A stretch of DNA of 64,000 nucleotides from the sequence record OQ992562.1. One strand, 5' to 3'. Below, piece by piece: positions 51,657-64,000 of this stretch. The position numbers and the translations under genes are program-made. The notes beneath the pieces were generated by a model that was given only the letters and a program-made list of their open reading frames with translations, ran no database searches and was not told the origin of the DNA. Each line of letters opens with the position of its first letter. Position 1 is the stretch's first letter.

Positions 51657-54107
51657 ATGATGGTAAATATTCACAAATATGTAGCCAGCCTTGAGAACCA
51701 AGATGGTACGGCTGTGGAACAGGATGTATCCAAAGTCGAGACATCTGTTAAAGATGATCATGAACTAGTTCAAGATTTAAAGAAAGATAATGATGCATCT
51801 GCAACTATTGAGAATGAAACTGTTAAAACAGATACTGATATTATCTCTGCTGAAGAACATGAAGAAACAGCACATGCTGCTGATAAGTCAGCAGTAATTG
51901 TTGAAGAAGTTGTACCAGAAGAAACTGTTGTTGAGGAAAGTATTCCTGAACCGCTAGCTACCACTAGTGTCGAAGAAGGCGAAGAAGCAGTTAAAGTTGC
52001 TGAAGCTGAAATCGCTGAAGAAATCGGTACAATTTCTGAAGGCGGTAAAGAGGTTTTAGATTCAACCACTGAAATTATTGAAGCTGCACAAGATGCGGCT
52101 GATGATACTGAACTAGTACCTGTTGCAGAAGCACCTGGTGAAACAGCAGTGGAATTAACCCCCACTGAAGAAACCCCACTTGGTGACGAAACTCCACCGC
52201 CTGCACCACTATCTGAGGAACTTCCAGCTGGTGATGAACCTGTTTCATCAACCATGGATACACTACCAGATGAAGTGTTAGATGCTGGTGAAGTTGTAAG
52301 TGAAGCAGTCCCTGGTATTGATGACGATGTAACTCCTGAAGAAGCCGGTGCTGAGCAAACAACTGCTGATGAAAGTTCCAATGATGAACCTGAGACAGAG
52401 ATCACTGAAACAGAAGAAGTCGAAATTACTGAACCAGCTGTAGCTGATGCTGAAACAGAAGTTGTTGAAACCGTAGAAGATACGCCGGATACAACTGATA
52501 GTGAAGTAGCTGAAGTAGTAGAGGCGGAATCTGAAAGTGTTCCTGCTGAAGCTGAACCAGATGAAATCGTAGCAGTTGATGAAGAAGTAGCTGTAACTGA
52601 TCCAATTGTAGAAGAAGCTGCCGAAACAGCAGAAGTAGCTGAAGAAGGCTTAAGCGAATTGGAAGAAGTTCGGGATGAAGCTGAAGAAGAATTAACTAAT
52701 GATGACAGTGATTCTACTGATGTATTAATCAATGAAGCTGAAACTGAAGAAACAGTTGCTGAAACCGAAACGGCATCTACTATTTCCGAACCAACAATTG
52801 AAGAAGGTGCTGTTGAAGACGACAGTGAAACAATTGTTGCAGAAACAGATGATGACGTTTCAGAAGATGACATCGAAGAAAAGTTAGCTGAAGGTGAAAT
52901 TGACATCCCGGATGTTGACGTAGAAGTAACTGAAGATGATGTTGAAGAAGCTGACGAGACTGCTGATGAGGCAGTTGAAGAAGCCGATAAGCTTGAAGAT
53001 GACATTGAAGATGGTAAGAAAACCATTGGTCAATTACTTGAAGAGCAGGCATCAAATGAATCCATGCTTGAGATTCTACATTATGGCCTAGAACATAAGC
53101 AATATAGTCCTCAGTTCATCGTACATGCTAATAGCTGTTTAGAACGCCTGCATAACGCCTTTGATGTCTATTCACCTGGTGTTCCAGCAATGGAGGATTA
53201 TGGTTATGGTAATCTAGAAGATTACTATAAGGCGATGGTTACTTCGCTAGAATCATTTAATAGCACTATTGGTAAGTTTGTTCGAAATATTATCGACAAC
53301 ATTGCTGAAGGTGCAAATGCATCCATCCATGTTAAAGCTAACCAAAAAGAACTAGCCGCAGCTAATACTAAAGCTGACCAACTTCTAGTTAAGCTTAAAG
53401 ATACTGATAATTTTGAAAATAAAGAAATCAAAATTAATGGTATTCTAAAAGGTGATGATAATCTAGTACGCGGTGTTGCTGGAGAAGTTCGTCGTATTAG
53501 CGATATTATTAACAAATGCTTCAAAATCGATGGTGAATACATCGAACGTTTAGTTGGTCACCTATCAACTGCTATTGAAGCTGATAGTGAAGAAGCTATT
53601 GATAAGGCTCTAGAAGAAGCAACTAAATTAGAAGTACCTGTTAAGAAATATCCTGAGAGTTCATTTATCAGTGGAAAACTAGAAGGTAGTTTTACCTTCG
53701 AGAAGTCTGGCCGTGATGTAACTGGTCGCACTAGTAAAGATATTGAACGATTAGCTGCTATTGCACTTCCAACTGGTGAATGGGGTGCTACCGGTACTGC
53801 TACTGCTAAAGTTAGCCGTAAGGACGTTACTGAACTAATGAAACTTTCTAAAGTTCTAATTGGTCTTGGTAATGCCTCTCTAAAAGTTAGCGGTAACCGC
53901 GGTGTACGTCGTCTTGACCAAGCTAACCGTGATATCTCTAAAGTGGCTAGCATGGATAGTAAAGCCGGTAAAAAGAAAGTCCGGCAACTAGCTAGTGCAG
54001 TATGGGAAGTTGTTGGCCAATCGGCTGAAAACCACACCGTTCTAGTTGATTACATTGTAGCTCTTACCAATGCAATTAACACTGCTGTGAATCGTGCCAT
54101 TAAGTAA
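51657..54107 (+). CDS. Inner-body protein with very long acidic propeptide (gp97 position)
   Basis: 816 aa; about 450 D/E-rich residues, then AMED and SLES sites and a basic mature domain. Confidence 0.8.
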   Translation: MMVNIHKYVASLENQDGTAVEQDVSKVETSVKDDHELVQDLKKDNDASATIENETVKTDTDIISAEEHEETAHAADKSAVIVEEVVPEETVVEESIPEPLATTSVEEGEEAVKVAEAEIAEEIGTISEGGKEVLDSTTEIIEAAQDAADDTELVPVAEAPGETAVELTPTEETPLGDETPPPAPLSEELPAGDEPVSSTMDTLPDEVLDAGEVVSEAVPGIDDDVTPEEAGAEQTTADESSNDEPETEITETEEVEITEPAVADAETEVVETVEDTPDTTDSEVAEVVEAESESVPAEAEPDEIVAVDEEVAVTDPIVEEAAETAEVAEEGLSELEEVRDEAEEELTNDDSDSTDVLINEAETEETVAETETASTISEPTIEEGAVEDDSETIVAETDDDVSEDDIEEKLAEGEIDIPDVDVEVTEDDVEEADETADEAVEEADKLEDDIEDGKKTIGQLLEEQASNESMLEILHYGLEHKQYSPQFIVHANSCLERLHNAFDVYSPGVPAMEDYGYGNLEDYYKAMVTSLESFNSTIGKFVRNIIDNIAEGANASIHVKANQKELAAANTKADQLLVKLKDTDNFENKEIKINGILKGDDNLVRGVAGEVRRISDIINKCFKIDGEYIERLVGHLSTAIEADSEEAIDKALEEATKLEVPVKKYPESSFISGKLEGSFTFEKSGRDVTGRTSKDIERLAAIALPTGEWGATGTATAKVSRKDVTELMKLSKVLIGLGNASLKVSGNRGVRRLDQANRDISKVASMDSKAGKKKVRQLASAVWEVVGQSAENHTVLVDYIVALTNAINTAVNRAIK

Positions 54108-54111
54108 CAAA

Positions 54112-54144
54112 CATAACGGGGAGCCTTCATGGCTCCCTTTTATG
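54112..54144 (+). terminator. Terminator hairpin flanked by CATAA/TTATG
   Basis: GGGAGCC-TTCAT-GGCTCCC plus T-run. Confidence 0.8.
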
Positions 54145-54172
54145 CTGTTAGACCATGATCTTATGATCTTAA

Positions 54173-57228
<3,056 letters not shown>

Positions 57229-57232
57229 TACC

Positions 57233-59210
<1,978 letters not shown>

Positions 59211-59222
59211 TTTAGGTGTATT

Positions 59223-59645
59223 ATGGAACAACTATTTATACGAGTTGATGTGAGGTGGTCACAACAATTCTTTTCTGAATTAAAACAATACTTTAATTAT
59301 ACCGCAAAAGATGAAGATGATCTTAACTACTTGATCATTCTTTATATTAAAGAACGACATAATTTCTTTTGGACATGTGTTCCAGATAGATACAATGATG
59401 TAATGTGTAGTTTCTATAAATCAATTTGTGGTTATCCAATAAATCCTAATATCATTGCAAATAGATTTGATCAACTCTATCGTGAGATTATGAATAGCTT
59501 ATTACAAATAAAAGGTATTATCAAAGATATAGTTGCTGTTAAAACAAAAGAAGGGGATATCGAGGGATTCATTATACATTCTGAATCACTACCTAGGTCC
59601 TATCCAAGACCTACTAATTGGAAAGGTGTATTTGAAAGATCTTAA
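59223..59645 (+). CDS. Hypothetical protein (gp102 position); start re-called at ATG 59223
   Basis: RBS AGGTG at 59213-59217. Confidence 0.7.
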   Translation: MEQLFIRVDVRWSQQFFSELKQYFNYTAKDEDDLNYLIILYIKERHNFFWTCVPDRYNDVMCSFYKSICGYPINPNIIANRFDQLYREIMNSLLQIKGIIKDIVAVKTKEGDIEGFIIHSESLPRSYPRPTNWKGVFERS

Positions 59646-59657
59646 ACAGTATATTAC
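59642..59657 (+). promoter_or_regulatory. Early promoter
   Basis: TTAAACAG-TATATTAC. Confidence 0.8.
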
Positions 59658-59684
59658 ACATATGAACTAATGTGGAGTATATAC

Positions 59685-59810
59685 ATGGAAAACATCCCTT
59701 TAAATAAACCTAAACAACCGGTAGTACCTGAAACATGGATAAAACTTCATCATGTGGTCGTGTTATTCATTCTCTCACTAATAGGAACTTTAATCTTCAA
59801 TGGTATTTAG
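59685..59810 (+). CDS. 41-aa single-pass membrane protein missed by the track
   Basis: RBS GGAG; MENIPLNKPKQPVVPETWIKLHHVVVLFILSLIGTLIFNGI*. Confidence 0.6.
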   Translation: MENIPLNKPKQPVVPETWIKLHHVVVLFILSLIGTLIFNGI

Positions 59811-59818
59811 GAGGACAT

Positions 59819-60211
59819 ATGTCATTTATAATTGCTATATGTCTAGCAGTAATGGTAATAGGTATTTTTACTATTGGATCTAAAGTTAGAGCTTTATGGT
59901 ATCTTATAAATGGTAAAACTTTAAATGAGCATAAGAAATGGCGCGCAGACTTCAATGAAGTAATTCAATGGCTTCATGAAGGTGCTTTCTTTACTAAATC
60001 AGGTTTATTTAAAGATCAAGCTATCTCGATTAGATTGTGTGAGCTATCGCGCAGTAAGAAATTATTCCCAATGCTACGGCGTTCTAAGTTCGAAGTTATA
60101 ACTGCTAAGGTATTTAGGGAAATAACTGGTGAGCCTTCAGAGTATAATTATTACTTGAAATTTAATAAGGCTTATATTGGCTTCTACAACGCTAATCCAG
60201 AAATCCAATAA
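59819..60211 (+). CDS. Membrane-anchored hypothetical protein; start re-called at ATG 59819
   Basis: RBS AGGAGG; N-terminal hydrophobic helix. Confidence 0.7.
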   Translation: MSFIIAICLAVMVIGIFTIGSKVRALWYLINGKTLNEHKKWRADFNEVIQWLHEGAFFTKSGLFKDQAISIRLCELSRSKKLFPMLRRSKFEVITAKVFREITGEPSEYNYYLKFNKAYIGFYNANPEIQ

Positions 60212-60291
60212 GCCTGGAAATGCACCCAATCTAATGAGAAGGTCTATGTTTTGATCTTCTCATTAGTACTCTTGTAGAAGGAGCCATTATC

Positions 60292-60780
60292 ATGGCTGAA
60301 TTTATTATAGGTAAAGATATATTCAATGTACCTGGTGATCTTTATCTAATCACTGTTAATGTTGTTGGCGTCATGGGCGCTGGTTTAGCCAAATCGTTTA
60401 AAGAAAAGTATCCTGAACTTTTTGAAAGATACAAACACGATTGCAAAAAGAGAATTATTACTATTGGTAATCCGGTTATTTACAAAGCATCCGATGGTAA
60501 ACGTTTCATGATGTTTCCTACTAAGGATAACTGGCGGAACCCATCTCAAATTAGTTTCATTGAACGTGGTCTAGAGTGGATGATGGAGAACGTATCGGAT
60601 TCTGCGGAAAATGAAGAAGACTGTATTCATCCAGATTGGAAAATTATCATACCACCTCTAGGGTGTGCTAATGGTGGATTAGATTTCTCTGATGTTAGAA
60701 CTATCATTGAAGATTGGTCTAATCACATGCCTAACCAGATTGTGGTTGTTTATCCACCGTGGATAGATTCATCGGTTTAA
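60292..60780 (+). CDS. Macrodomain ADP-ribosylhydrolase, DarG/TARG1-like (gp104 position)
   Basis: VNVVGVMGAGLA, FPTKDNW and IPPLGCANGGLDF closely follow DarG motifs. Confidence 0.85.
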   Translation: MAEFIIGKDIFNVPGDLYLITVNVVGVMGAGLAKSFKEKYPELFERYKHDCKKRIITIGNPVIYKASDGKRFMMFPTKDNWRNPSQISFIERGLEWMMENVSDSAENEEDCIHPDWKIIIPPLGCANGGLDFSDVRTIIEDWSNHMPNQIVVVYPPWIDSSV

Positions 60781-60785
60781 CATTG

Positions 60786-60811
60786 GCCTTCCCTCAGGGG
60801 AAGGCTTTATG
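60786..60811 (+). terminator. Terminator hairpin followed by TTTATG
   Basis: GCCTTCCC-TCAG-GGGAAGGC. Confidence 0.75.
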
Positions 60812-60828
60812 TCGTATATTCAAACCAT

Positions 60829-60845
60829 TTTAAACAGTATATTAC
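60829..60845 (+). promoter_or_regulatory. Early promoter
   Basis: TTTAAACAG-TATATTAC. Confidence 0.8.
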
Positions 60846-60903
60846 ATTTGTGACAATACTGTAAACATTATCATACAACTTAATGTAAATAGGTGGAAAT
60901 AAA

Positions 60904-61350
60904 ATGGCAAAGACTAAAAAGCAGAAAGTGCAAGAGGCGATTACTCGTAAATTGATCAAGTTCTATAGTGATACATTTCCGGAGTTGATGAAAGCTATTG
61001 AAAACTGTGATAGCAGTGGCGAAGAGCATAACCTCCACAATGTATTTGATAATTATAAGAAAACCATTAAAATGGCAGAAGAAGCCAAGGTTGACCTTAG
61101 TCTTTATGGAGTAAATTTAATTGACAAGGATACATACACGAGTCTTTTGTGGTTTATCGAAGGTTGCTATGTATGGGACATGATTAAAAAACTTAACAAA
61201 GCAAAATATGACAATGTTCCTGAACTGGCCAGAATTACACAATGGGATGAACTGGATGACGCAAAGAAACTTCAATTCAATAAAAGTCGAGATTACATCA
61301 TCAAACGACTGAAAGAAGTAACGACTTGTGAACATTTCAGAAACTATTAA
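60904..61350 (+). CDS. Early hypothetical protein, 148 aa
   Basis: First ORF after the early promoter; AATAGG leader. Confidence 0.75.
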   Translation: MAKTKKQKVQEAITRKLIKFYSDTFPELMKAIENCDSSGEEHNLHNVFDNYKKTIKMAEEAKVDLSLYGVNLIDKDTYTSLLWFIEGCYVWDMIKKLNKAKYDNVPELARITQWDELDDAKKLQFNKSRDYIIKRLKEVTTCEHFRNY

Positions 61351-61384
61351 ATAGTTTTAATATTAGTAAATAGGAATATTTATT

Positions 61385-61723
61385 ATGAAATTCAATACGA
61401 TTGCAAAAGGTGTATCTTTTCTTCTGGCTACTGCATCACTGGCTGGAACTGGGTATGTTATCTACAAGAAGGCTAAAGAGACTAAAGCCAACTTTGACAA
61501 ACTCATGGGTTTCAGGGATCAGTTTAAAAGTATTTCAAAAGAGTATGGTGAATCAGATGAGTTCATGATGTTCGTCAATGCTGCAATGACTGAGACAATG
61601 GATAGTGCTGTTGCTGAGAGCAATATTGAAAAACATCGACTGGATGTAATTCGTAATAAGCTGTCGATCATTTATGGCGATGACTATACGAATCAAGTAT
61701 TCGATACAGTTCGTAAGATGTAA
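61385..61723 (+). CDS. Early signal-anchored protein, 112 aa
   Basis: N-terminal hydrophobic helix followed by KKAK. Confidence 0.75.
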   Translation: MKFNTIAKGVSFLLATASLAGTGYVIYKKAKETKANFDKLMGFRDQFKSISKEYGESDEFMMFVNAAMTETMDSAVAESNIEKHRLDVIRNKLSIIYGDDYTNQVFDTVRKM

Positions 61724-61732
61724 AAATGGATA

Positions 61733-61749
61733 GGGCCTCACTGAGGCCC
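61733..61749 (+). terminator. Short hairpin, possible terminator or processing site
   Basis: GGGCCTCA-C-TGAGGCCC; weak T-tail. Confidence 0.45.
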
Positions 61750-61831
61750 CATTCAAATATAATTACGATAATAAAATTATATTTGAATGAGTTTGTTAAA
61801 CCTTCAATTAATCGTAAAAAGGAAAATACAA

Positions 61832-61993
61832 ATGAATATTGATAAAGTTAAACTTCAAAAACTTATCGCGGATGTGCCCGAGGCACCTAAACATAAGAAG
61901 ATTAAAAACGTCATCACCAAATATGCGGAGATAGCACTAGGAGTATATGTTGGTATTATAATAGCTAAACGTGTTCTAAATATCAAGTTTTAA
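61832..61993 (+). CDS. 53-aa early protein with C-terminal hydrophobic helix; start re-called at ATG 61832
   Basis: RBS AAGGA; N-terminus MNIDKV identical to that of 62874..63230. Confidence 0.65.
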   Translation: MNIDKVKLQKLIADVPEAPKHKKIKNVITKYAEIALGVYVGIIIAKRVLNIKF

Positions 61994-62038
61994 TATAATC
62001 AAAATAAATCTACATTCATTAACTAATAGGATATTATC

Positions 62039-62356
62039 ATGCTTTCCATTATCGGTAATGTTGTAAAAACTGGTCTCATGCTGGCTGGTACCATCTATGT
62101 GTTCGAAGTCAGTGTGACTGTTTATAATGAGATTAAATTAGAAAAGAATATCCGTGAAAAAGTAAAGGACTATTCCGATTATATCAAATCTAATTCAGAT
62201 AATACCACCGTGGAAGTAATGACGGACTTTATTGAAGTAGAGCTTATATACGTTATTAATGATGGATTGGATATGTTTAACACCATCAGTGATAAACATC
62301 GAATTAAATCAAAAATCCGTAACTGGATTAAGGATGCAATTAACAATGAACTCTAA
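62039..62356 (+). CDS. Early signal-anchored protein, 105 aa
   Basis: N-terminal hydrophobic helix; TAATAGG leader. Confidence 0.7.
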   Translation: MLSIIGNVVKTGLMLAGTIYVFEVSVTVYNEIKLEKNIREKVKDYSDYIKSNSDNTTVEVMTDFIEVELIYVINDGLDMFNTISDKHRIKSKIRNWIKDAINNEL

Positions 62357-62786
62357 GCTATCTCTTACATTAGGGATGGTAAGTGGAGCCGTACTCGGTA
62401 AGCTTGTTTGGGATTCTAGAGAAAAACTCTATGAATTCTATTATGGACGAATTATTATCCATAAACTGAAAGCTTATCAAAAGACCATGGATGTCGATAA
62501 ACTACCGTTCCATCCAGCAACAGCAATGGCCCATTATCTTAAGGCTAGCATTAATGCATCCAAGGAGACACTTGTGTCACTGGATCTTCTTGAGAGCATT
62601 AATGAAGTAGGGCTTAAATATATTGAATCAGTGCGATGCCGTTATGATACTGCATGGCAAATGAGTCTGCACAGGAGGCTTGTCAAACGGCAGAAAGAGA
62701 TTGAAGAAGAGAATCGTCGTATCGAAGAAGAAGAACGACGTAATCGGAAACAACTTGATCTGTTCGATGATGTGTCAGATGTGTAA
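62346..62786 (+). CDS. Early signal-anchored protein with charged coiled-coil tail; start re-called at ATG 62346
   Basis: MNSKLSLTLGMVSGAVLGKLVW; overlaps the upstream stop codon. Confidence 0.7.
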   Translation: MNSKLSLTLGMVSGAVLGKLVWDSREKLYEFYYGRIIIHKLKAYQKTMDVDKLPFHPATAMAHYLKASINASKETLVSLDLLESINEVGLKYIESVRCRYDTAWQMSLHRRLVKRQKEIEEENRRIEEEERRNRKQLDLFDDVSDV

Positions 62787-62794
62787 CTGATAAT

Positions 62795-62821
62795 GGGAGT
62801 CTTCGGACTCCCTTTTATTTT
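62795..62821 (+). terminator. Rho-independent terminator
   Basis: GGGAGTC-TTCG-GACTCCC-TTTTATTT. Confidence 0.85.
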
Positions 62822-62873
62822 CTACATCGTATTATTTTTTAATCACTTCAATAAACGTAAATAGGTATACAAA

Positions 62874-63230
62874 ATGAATATTGATAAAGTATCACTCTGT
62901 CTTGGTATTTTTGTTGGTTCAGTTACAATGTGTGCAGTTGGTAAAATCTATCATAAAACTGTTATTGATGTAAAAATCAATAAGTTGCGTAATGCTGCTT
63001 CAGTGTCTAATGAAATTCTTACAATGCTTTCTAAGCGTGCCTCTGTTATTCGCGCTGAGGTTATGCCAACCGCAGAAGACTTTATCGATTGTGAAGGTAA
63101 AGTACACAACAAACTCACTGAAGAGTTACAGGACATCGTCGCTGGTTTTAAAGTAGCGCCTGAACACGGGGCTAGTGTTAATACACGTATTAATGATTGG
63201 TTCCTACAAACGTTCCCAACTGTTTACTAA
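62874..63230 (+). CDS. Early signal-anchored protein, 118 aa
   Basis: MNIDKVSLCLGIFVGSVTMCAVGKIY; AATAGG leader. Confidence 0.75.
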   Translation: MNIDKVSLCLGIFVGSVTMCAVGKIYHKTVIDVKINKLRNAASVSNEILTMLSKRASVIRAEVMPTAEDFIDCEGKVHNKLTEELQDIVAGFKVAPEHGASVNTRINDWFLQTFPTVY

Positions 63231-63240
63231 TAGGTGATAT

Positions 63241-63663
63241 ATGTCAAAAGTAGTATTTCCTAATGGTCTACTAATAGCGCTCATGCAAAACTTCGATCAC
63301 ACTCTCGAATGTTTTGATCATGATGTTAGTGTTTTTAAAAAGGCACTCAGTGACCTAGATAATAAAATTAAAGGTGGTATTAAGTCACTTGATAATGATT
63401 ACCCTAATGCTAAAATTGCATTAGAACGCATTCTTGAAGAACTTTTTAAAAGAGGATTACATATCCCTGGGCCTTCTGGAAAAGCATTTGTCATTGAAAA
63501 AGTTCACATTGTAGATAGCACAGGTGTGGCTAAGGCATACCGTGTCAGTTACAATGATGAAAAAGCTATGCCTGAATATGTATCAGCCGATAATGTATGG
63601 GGTGCACTAATTTCATATCAAAAACGTAGTCGTAGTGCAAATCCATTCAAACCAACTGCGTGA
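63241..63663 (+). CDS. Hypothetical protein, 140 aa
   Basis: RBS AGGTGA. Confidence 0.75.
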   Translation: MSKVVFPNGLLIALMQNFDHTLECFDHDVSVFKKALSDLDNKIKGGIKSLDNDYPNAKIALERILEELFKRGLHIPGPSGKAFVIEKVHIVDSTGVAKAYRVSYNDEKAMPEYVSADNVWGALISYQKRSRSANPFKPTA

Positions 63664-63734
63664 AAAGGATCTGATGGTTAAAGCCATAATCCATTATCGT
63701 ATTACATAATACCTGCAAAAGAAGGAATAAGTCA

Positions 63735-63986
63735 ATGAGCGAATCTAAAGAAGTTATCAACATGGTGGAATGTTTTATCAGTGAATCTTACATGGAGCCA
63801 GGTGTTGACCACAATCGTCGGATTTTGATGCGTGAATACGGGATCAACCCTAACAGCGGTATACCACTTCGGGGGAACTGGGTTCTGCGTAACATGCTCA
63901 CTGGGGAATTTATCGACAATGATAAATACCTCAACGATATTGTTGAACGTAATTCCATCCAATTCGAACGCAATACCTTCGTCTAG
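63735..63986 (+). CDS. Hypothetical protein, 83 aa
   Basis: RBS GAAGGA; plus strand consistent with the operon. Confidence 0.7.
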   Translation: MSESKEVINMVECFISESYMEPGVDHNRRILMREYGINPNSGIPLRGNWVLRNMLTGEFIDNDKYLNDIVERNSIQFERNTFV

Positions 63987-64000
63987 CTATAATTAATCCA

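Noticed and set aside
51770-53026. 418-aa Ser/Thr-rich minus-strand ORF, plus the other antisense ORFs over 52075-54037
   Set aside because: Antisense shadow of the GAA/GAT/ACT-rich acidic gp97-like coding strand; no RBS or independent context.

Overview
This window comes from an AT-rich, nucleus-forming jumbo phage very close to Pseudomonas phage phiKZ. It is colinear with roughly phiKZ gp54 to gp110; the gp numbers come from my memory of that genome plus gene order and size, not from a database search. It starts with chimallin (nuclear shell). Next come the nucleus and early-transcription core: non-virion RNA polymerase subunits, the sigma-like subunit, ChmC, PicA/Imp1, an SbcD-like nuclease and an SF2 helicase. 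After that are a virion RNAP subunit, half of the split family-B DNA polymerase, a long late block of head and baseplate genes, and an early block of small membrane proteins. The ORF track misses five main things. (1) Three related group I introns without intact endonuclease genes split the two nvRNAP genes at catalytic motifs (HRN|PTL, N|ADFDGD, HGG|KG), leaving a 108-nt micro-exon. (2) A likely programmed -1 frameshift at T TTT TTT (24719-24713, minus strand) fuses the 533-aa gp77-like protein to a startless downstream frame resembling the P2 E+E' tail-chaperone extension. (3) A densely base-paired ~320-nt RNA element follows the chimallin stop codon. (4) A 122-codon NADAR-like gene starts at ATA, and a DarG-like macrodomain gene lies elsewhere in the window. 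(5) Terminator hairpins are repeatedly flanked by CATA and TATG. I saw no tRNA, rRNA or CRISPR array. All structures and alignments were done by eye.
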